From a virus: a stretch of 36,734 nt of DNA. Numbering within the stretch: position 1 is the first letter of the stretch; the number at the start of each line of letters is the position of its first letter. The DNA is taken from positions 1 to 36,734 of the IMG/VR virus record IMGVR_UViG_3300020045_005387, one strand, 5' to 3'. The position numbers and the translations under genes were made by a program. The notes under the pieces were generated by a model. The model made no database searches. It was not told where the DNA came from and saw only the letters and a program-made list of their open reading frames with translations. Of the stretch, positions 31,467 to 36,734 are shown one piece after another.

Positions 31467-33719
31467 ATGGAAAAGCATTATTTAAAAAAATTATCAGAAA
31501 TTGGATTTTCTATAATACCATGTGCGGAAAATAAAGCACCAATAGGAACTTGGAAAAAGTATCAAGAAGAGGCGAGAACTCCCGAACAGGTGGAGTTATT
31601 AAATAGTCCTAAATATGGAATCGTTACAGGTTTTAATAATTTAGAGGTTATAGATATTGATTGTAAAACTCTATCTACTTTAAAAGAACAAAAAGAGTTT
31701 TGGGACGAGTATTTAGGTTTTTTAAAGGACAATATAGATGATTTTGATAAAAAATTTGTTATAAAAAAGACCTTAAACAAAGGCTTTCATATTCTTTATC
31801 GATGTAAGTCATTAATAGGAAATACTAAGATAGCTAAATTAAAAGGAAGCTCAGAGGCTCTTATAGAAAGTAGGGGCTTGGGAGGTATGGTTATAGCGTA
31901 TGATGATACTTTGTCAACTATTAATTATCATGAGATACAAGAAATAACCCCAGAGGATAGAGAGATATTATGGAGTTGTTCACGAACTTATAATTATGTT
32001 GAGGACATTCCAATTGAACCTGTTAAATCAAAAACAGAATATCAGGAATCAGAAATCACCTGTTGGGATGATTATAATCAAAAGACAGATATTTTTGATG
32101 TTATAGGTTCAGATTTTAGCATTGTAGCAAATCATACAAAAAAATATGTTATTAAAAGGCATGGTTCAGCATCACCGCATTCAGGCTATGTTTACAAAGA
32201 TGATAATAGAATGTATTTGTTTAGTACAGGTACTATTTATCCGCATGAAAAACAAGTAACACCCTTCATAGCTTATACTTATAAATATCATCACGGTGAT
32301 TTTAGTGAATCAGCAAAAGACTTATATCAAAAAGGTTTTGGATCTAGGTTAAAATCAAAAATTAAAGAATTAAAAAAATCAATTGATACACAAGAAGAAA
32401 CTAAAATCAACATACAGGATTTAGTTTTTCCTATTGATATTTTTCCTTCAGACATTCAAAAATATTTAATTGAGTGCAATACTAAATTAGATAGTTCTGT
32501 TGAATATATGGGATGCTCTTTGCTGTGGCTTATATCTGTTTGTGTTGGAAATAGTATTGAGGTTGAAGTAAAAAAAGGATGGACAGAAAACTTAAGTGTT
32601 TGGATTTCAATTGTTGGAAAAGCTGGTTTAGGAAAAACGCCAAGTATTTCAAATATAGTATTTCCATTAACAAAAATTAATGCAAAAGAGATAAAGAAAT
32701 ACATTAAAGAATCAGAAAAATACGAACACTATATTAACCTGCCTAAAAAAGAAAAGGACGAACATAGCGAAGTGTTTAAACCAATTAAAACGCAATTTAT
32801 TGCCAACGATATAACCTTAGAAGCTTTGGTTGATTTACATCAAGAAAGCGATAATGCTGTTGGAGTATTTAAAGATGAGTTAGCGGGTTGGCTTAAAGAT
32901 ATGAATAAATATCGTGAGGGTTCAGATTTGGAGTTCTGGTTAAGTACATGGTCAGGCAAATCAGTAAATCTCAATCGTTTAACTAGAAAAGGCTCTTTTG
33001 TTGAAAAACCATTTATTCCAGTTCTTGGAGGAATCCAACCAAGTATTTTTAACACTTTTTATACAGATGAGAATAAAGATAATGGGTTCATGGACAGGAT
33101 GCTTTTATGTTATCCTGATTTAAAAATAGACCATTACAATGACAACGAAATTAGTGATGATATTCTAAAATGGTATAAAGAAATAGTTATTTCATTTTAT
33201 GATACAATTAAAAGTGTTATTAAAAGAGATGATGAAGGGGATATAACACCATTAACCGCTAAGTTTTCTGAAGATGCCAAAACAGAATGGAAAAGAATTT
33301 TTAATGAAATGACGGATATACAGAATAATGAAGAAGAAAACGAATATTTAAAATCAATGTTCCCTAAACAAAAATCTTATATCCCTCGTTTTGCTTGTTT
33401 AATACATGTTTTTGATGAGTTTTTTAGCGAAGGGGGTAATACTTTGCTTATTTCAAAAGAAAGTGTCTTAAAAGCTGAAAAACTAAGCAAATATTTTATT
33501 GCTACAGCTAAAAAGATAAAGGTTAATTCAGTTGATGTATCAAAATTAAAAAATACTATTACAGCCAACAAGGGGAAGAATGAAAAAGAAAAGCTTTTTG
33601 AGATATGGAAGTTAAATGATAAGTTCAATCGTTCCGAAACTGCTGAACTTTTAGGTATTTCAAAAAGAAGTGTTTTTAATTGGGTTAAAGAATTTGATAG
33701 TGCAAATGATAAAAAATAA
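31467..33719 (+). CDS. Bifunctional primase-polymerase / helicase-like replication protein
   Basis: A prim-pol-like N-terminus (GFSIIPCAENKAPIGTWKKYQ...VIDIDCK), Walker A GKAGLGKT in the C-terminal NTPase domain, and a terminal HTH (AELLGISKRSVFNWVKEF). Confidence 0.85.
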   Translation: MEKHYLKKLSEIGFSIIPCAENKAPIGTWKKYQEEARTPEQVELLNSPKYGIVTGFNNLEVIDIDCKTLSTLKEQKEFWDEYLGFLKDNIDDFDKKFVIKKTLNKGFHILYRCKSLIGNTKIAKLKGSSEALIESRGLGGMVIAYDDTLSTINYHEIQEITPEDREILWSCSRTYNYVEDIPIEPVKSKTEYQESEITCWDDYNQKTDIFDVIGSDFSIVANHTKKYVIKRHGSASPHSGYVYKDDNRMYLFSTGTIYPHEKQVTPFIAYTYKYHHGDFSESAKDLYQKGFGSRLKSKIKELKKSIDTQEETKINIQDLVFPIDIFPSDIQKYLIECNTKLDSSVEYMGCSLLWLISVCVGNSIEVEVKKGWTENLSVWISIVGKAGLGKTPSISNIVFPLTKINAKEIKKYIKESEKYEHYINLPKKEKDEHSEVFKPIKTQFIANDITLEALVDLHQESDNAVGVFKDELAGWLKDMNKYREGSDLEFWLSTWSGKSVNLNRLTRKGSFVEKPFIPVLGGIQPSIFNTFYTDENKDNGFMDRMLLCYPDLKIDHYNDNEISDDILKWYKEIVISFYDTIKSVIKRDDEGDITPLTAKFSEDAKTEWKRIFNEMTDIQNNEEENEYLKSMFPKQKSYIPRFACLIHVFDEFFSEGGNTLLISKESVLKAEKLSKYFIATAKKIKVNSVDVSKLKNTITANKGKNEKEKLFEIWKLNDKFNRSETAELLGISKRSVFNWVKEFDSANDKK

Positions 33720-33720
33720 A

Positions 33721-33954
33721 TGCACGGTGTGCACGCCACGTGCACGGTAAAATATCAACGTTTACAGGGGTTAACGACGAAAATCGTGCAAAATGCACGG
33801 TGCACGGTAAATAATAATAAAAAAAATAAATAAAAATAAATAAATATTTTATAATCCAACCGTGCAAAATGCACGATTTAGGCTGTTAGGGCGCATAAAC
33901 ATTGAAAAACAACCGTGCACCAACCGTGCAAAAACACTATGCACGAACCGTGCA
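33721..33954. promoter_or_regulatory. Putative replication origin: TGCACGGT/ACCGTGCA iterons, two CGTGCAAAATGCACG palindromes and an AT-only unwinding tract
   Basis: Forward 8-mers at 33721, 33741, 33794 and 33801, with a variant at 33730. Reverse 8-mers at 33859, 33912, 33923 and 33947. Palindromes at 33785-33799 and 33861-33875 flank the A/T-only run 33809-33857. Confidence 0.75.
33772..33888 (+). repeat. attC-like element O, enclosing the origin AT-rich core (117 nt)
   Basis: TAACG 33772, then arm AAATCGTGCA 33781-33790 pairing with TGCACGATTT 33870-33879, and TGTTAGGG from 33884. Same architecture as elements A-G. Confidence 0.5.
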
Positions 33955-33976
33955 AAAACAGCTAAAAATACTAAAT

Positions 33977-35206
33977 ATGAAAGAACTTAGACAATATCAG
34001 AAGGAAATAGCTATAAAAGCAGTAAACATATTAAATAATTTAAAAATAGTTTATTTAGCCTGCGAGGTTAGGACAGGAAAAACCCTTATGGCTTTAGAAA
34101 CAGCTAAACAATTTGGGGCAAAAAATGTTTTATTTGCAACTAAGAAAAAAGCAATTAAATCTATTTTAAACGATTATAATGATTTTGGATATACATTTGT
34201 ACTAACTGTTATAAATAATGAATCCTTACATACGATAGATGGTAAATTTGATTTATTAATATCTGACGAGCATCACAGAAACGGTGCTTTCCCAAAAACT
34301 AATAATTGCACTAAGTTAATTAAAGAAAAATATTCAAAATTACCTATGATTTTTTTAAGCGGGACACCTACTCCGGAATCATACTCGCAAATTTATCATC
34401 AATTTTGGTTATCTGACTATACACCATTCAAAAACTATGTTAATTTTTATAAATGGGCGAAAGACTTTGTAAATATTAAAAAAAAATATTTGGGTTATGC
34501 TGAGGTAAACGATTATTCTGATGCTAAACAAGAATTAATAAAAAAAGTAATTGATAAATATTTTATAACATTTACTCAAAAAGAAGCAGGTTTTACAACA
34601 TCTGTAAATGAAAATATATGTAATGTTGATATGTTACCTATAACCTACAAAATAGCTGACACTTTAAAAAAAGATAAAATATACACTGGTAAAAATGATT
34701 GTATTATAGCCGATACAGGGGCAAAGTTAATGAGTAAATTACATCAACTATATTCTGGAACTTGTATTTTAGAAAGTGGTATTTCAATTATAATTGATAA
34801 TTCAAAGTTACACTTTATAAAAGAAAAGTTTAAAAACAATAAGATAGCTATTTTTTATAAGTTCCAAGCAGAAAAAGAAATGATATATGATTTTTATAAA
34901 GAATCTGTTTGTTTTGATTTAGAAACTTTTGATAATAGCGATAAAAATATAGCTTTACAAATAGTGTCTGGACGTGAAGGAATAAGTTTGAAAAATGCTG
35001 AATATTTAATTTATTTAACTCCTGATTTTTCAGCTACATCTTATTGGCAATCGAGAGATAGGTTGACAACAATGGACAGAAAAGAAAACAATGTTTTTTG
35101 GATTTTTTCAAATGGAGGAATTGAGAAAAACATTTACAAAGCAATTCAAGCTAAAAAAAATTATACATTATCAATATTTAAAAAAGATTATGGCATTAGA
35201 AAGTAA
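33977..35206 (+). CDS. Superfamily 2 (SNF2/DEAD-like) DNA helicase
   Basis: Motif I EVRTGKT and motif II DEHH. ATG 33977 is preferred, because the track start TTG 33902 lies in the iteron region. Confidence 0.8.
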   Translation: MKELRQYQKEIAIKAVNILNNLKIVYLACEVRTGKTLMALETAKQFGAKNVLFATKKKAIKSILNDYNDFGYTFVLTVINNESLHTIDGKFDLLISDEHHRNGAFPKTNNCTKLIKEKYSKLPMIFLSGTPTPESYSQIYHQFWLSDYTPFKNYVNFYKWAKDFVNIKKKYLGYAEVNDYSDAKQELIKKVIDKYFITFTQKEAGFTTSVNENICNVDMLPITYKIADTLKKDKIYTGKNDCIIADTGAKLMSKLHQLYSGTCILESGISIIIDNSKLHFIKEKFKNNKIAIFYKFQAEKEMIYDFYKESVCFDLETFDNSDKNIALQIVSGREGISLKNAEYLIYLTPDFSATSYWQSRDRLTTMDRKENNVFWIFSNGGIEKNIYKAIQAKKNYTLSIFKKDYGIRK

Positions 35207-35468
35207 AATACAAAGTAAGATTATAAAATATGCTGAGTTAAAAGGATGGTTATATATTAAGATAATTAAAGCGTCTGAATCTGGGCACGCTGATATATTA
35301 TTTTTTAAATCAGGGAAAACTTTATTTTGCGAAATAAAAAATGATATAGGTATTCAATCGGAATTGCAAAAATATAGAGAAAAACAATTTAAAAATGAAG
35401 GATTCAATTACTACATAGTTAGAAGTTTAGAAGAATTTAAAACAATAATAGAAAATGAAAAAACCTAA
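35190..35468 (+). CDS. VRR-NUC domain nuclease
   Basis: GHADILFFKSGKTLFCEIKNDIGIQSELQKYREKQFKNEGFNYYIV matches the VRR-NUC D...E.K pattern. ATG 35190. Confidence 0.8.
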   Translation: MALESKIQSKIIKYAELKGWLYIKIIKASESGHADILFFKSGKTLFCEIKNDIGIQSELQKYREKQFKNEGFNYYIVRSLEEFKTIIENEKT

Positions 35469-35589
35469 ACAACCAACAATCGACGAAATAATAAAAGAAC
35501 GTAATCAGTTGTATGTAACTGGAACAAATCCAAACAGATTAAAAGAACTGATAGAAAAGATTGATTATTTCTTTTTTGGAATATGTTAA
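35455..35589 (+). CDS. Small hypothetical protein (44 aa)
   Basis: My own translation gives MKKPKQPTIDEIIKERNQLYVTGTNPNRLKELIEKIDYFFFGIC. Confidence 0.35.
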   Translation: MKKPKQPTIDEIIKERNQLYVTGTNPNRLKELIEKIDYFFFGIC

Positions 35590-35645
35590 AATTATGTTAA
35601 AACGAAATTAATGTATTGCGGAACTAAATTAGTGTCGTATATTTG
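35585..35645 (+). promoter_or_regulatory. Promoter module P3: tandem GTTAAA repeats plus the -7 box TATATTTG
   Basis: GTTAAA at 35585 and GTTAAAA at 35596. TATATTTG at 35638 is 42 bp downstream. Confidence 0.65.
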
Positions 35646-35695
35646 TATAAGAGTTAAGGAAGTGATTTACACGGCAAACTCAAAAACCAACCACT

Positions 35696-35968
35696 ATGAC
35701 AAATTCAATTAAAAATATCGTTTTAGAGTCTATATTTCAAGCAAGATGTGAGGCTAGTTCATTTGATAGAGCTATGACTTTAGCTGATGTAAAAGCTGAA
35801 ATTGCTATAATCGTTGATACAATTACTTTTGATACGGTAGTTGCTAAAAATATGTTTATGGGTTTCATTGAAACTGAATTACAAAAAGTTGCAGCTTATT
35901 TGTATCCTGCAAAAATGCAAATGGATAAAAATGGTAACTATACGTCCAACTCTAAACTTTGGGCGTAA
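35696..35968 (+). CDS. Hypothetical protein (90 aa)
   Basis: ORF track. Confidence 0.6.
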   Translation: MTNSIKNIVLESIFQARCEASSFDRAMTLADVKAEIAIIVDTITFDTVVAKNMFMGFIETELQKVAAYLYPAKMQMDKNGNYTSNSKLWA

Positions 35969-36120
35969 TGGAGTACGCTATTGAAGTCTTAGAAAAGGAA
36001 ATTTATTTAATTGAAAAATGTTTATCTGATTGGGAATTAAACCAATATAGAGAAGCAAGAATTCAAAGAGAAATTAAATTAAATCAGCTAAAACAAGCTG
36101 TTAGAGAATTGAAATCATGA
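35968..36120 (+). CDS. Small coiled-coil hypothetical protein (50 aa)
   Basis: My own translation gives MEYAIEVLEKEIYLIEKCLSDWELNQYREARIQREIKLNQLKQAVRELKS. TAATG junction. Confidence 0.45.
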   Translation: MEYAIEVLEKEIYLIEKCLSDWELNQYREARIQREIKLNQLKQAVRELKS

Positions 36121-36161
36121 TAGAATAAAAGATATAAATATTAATTAAAAACTAAATAATT

Positions 36162-36368
36162 ATGTTTTGGAAAATAGAATCTAAAAGAGAATTTAAAACA
36201 ATGTTACGAATTTTGAAAGACGCTGAAAATTATGATAATATTAATGATATTGAAGTTAGAAATGTATTACTAACTACTTTATGCGAACACATAGAAATAT
36301 TTAAAATTAAAAATCAAGCAAAAACACGTATAGTTGATGGGGGAAGTTCTTTTGAAACTTTAAAGTAG
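36162..36368 (+). CDS. Hypothetical protein (68 aa)
   Basis: ORF track. Confidence 0.6.
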   Translation: MFWKIESKREFKTMLRILKDAENYDNINDIEVRNVLLTTLCEHIEIFKIKNQAKTRIVDGGSSFETLK

Positions 36369-36413
36369 CATTGTGTACAACTAATATTTAAGAATTACAA
36401 ATATATTACACCT

Positions 36414-36734
36414 ATGAAAACACCAACATTAGAAGAGCTTAAAGAGTATTTTAAAGATGCTGAAATTGTAAGAGAATCAACTTTTAAAGGAAGGTATTTT
36501 AAAATAAATTTGGATGAAGTTGAAGAAACTGCACTTGGTAATTGGATTCAAGATGATTACTATTTATACAATAAAGGTATTGGTTTTGCTGAAATTATAT
36601 CTTATAAAGAAGTTGAAAAGCCAATATTTCAAATATTTGACGAAGAAGAAAAAAAATGGTATGATTTACACGACCAAAATCTATACAGAATTAAACCAAA
36701 GACAAACTACGACAAAGAAATTGAAGCTTTGCAA
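36414..36734 (+). CDS. Hypothetical protein, 5' portion of the gene that wraps across the window ends (continues at 122..175)
   Basis: ATG 36414 (MKTPTLEELKEYFKDAEIV...) is open to the window end and stays in phase with 2..175. Confidence 0.7.
   Translation, partial: MKTPTLEELKEYFKDAEIVRESTFKGRYFKINLDEVEETALGNWIQDDYYLYNKGIGFAEIISYKEVEKPIFQIFDEEEKKWYDLHDQNLYRIKPKTNYDKEIEALQ
36614..36734. repeat. Second copy of the 121-bp terminal repeat
   Basis: Identical to 1..121. An ORF reads continuously through the junction. Confidence 0.95.

Noticed and set aside
764-33867. All minus-strand ORFs in the track (for example 764-1018, 4106-4348, 9292-9801, 9904-10232, 10905-11360, 11517-12722, 13997-14451, 15439-15621, 17313-17531, 21621-21821, 23085-23273, 30297-30518, 31562-33867)
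   Set aside because: Each lies entirely antisense to a well-supported, tightly packed + strand gene. Their compositions are low-complexity (Ser/Phe/Leu-rich) shadows of Lys/Glu/Ala-rich coding sequence. None has its own promoter or terminator context.
1-36734. A lysogeny module (integrase, CI/Cro-type switch, attP)
   Set aside because: I recognised no integrase or recombinase motif in any ORF, and there is no divergent promoter region, since all genes share one strand. The excisionase-like winged-helix protein alone is insufficient.

Overview
The window is a complete, circularly closed genome of a tailed dsDNA phage. Bases 1..121 are identical to 36614..36734, so the unique length is 36,613 bp. 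It is AT-rich and uses Bacteroidetes-type TAnnTTTG promoter boxes, so the host is probably a Flavobacteriia/Bacteroidetes bacterium. Every credible gene lies on the + strand. I found no integrase, repressor, tRNA or CRISPR array.

Module order:
- A P3-driven early operon that wraps across the window ends and finishes with an ECF-like sigma factor.
- An HNH-AP2 endonuclease, then small and large terminase.
- About 20 kb of morphogenesis and lysis genes: a G/GT-like -1 frameshift candidate, tail proteins, a tape-measure-like protein, XkdF-type protease/scaffold, major capsid protein, portal, fibres, holins and a GH24 endolysin.
- An accessory region at 22.4-26.1 kb.
- A recombination module (Rad52-like annealase, SSB-like protein).
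- A replication module (prim-pol/helicase, iteron origin, SF2 helicase, VRR-NUC).

The standout feature is the 22.7-26.1 kb region. Small ORFs alternate with structured elements of about 84-129 nt that have conserved TAACG...TGTTA ends and covarying stems. Each ORF unit is also bracketed by its own 8-10 nt inverted repeat extending the GTTA/TAAC core. This is the signature of integron gene cassettes and attC sites, yet the genome encodes no recognisable integrase. One further copy of the element encloses the replication origin.
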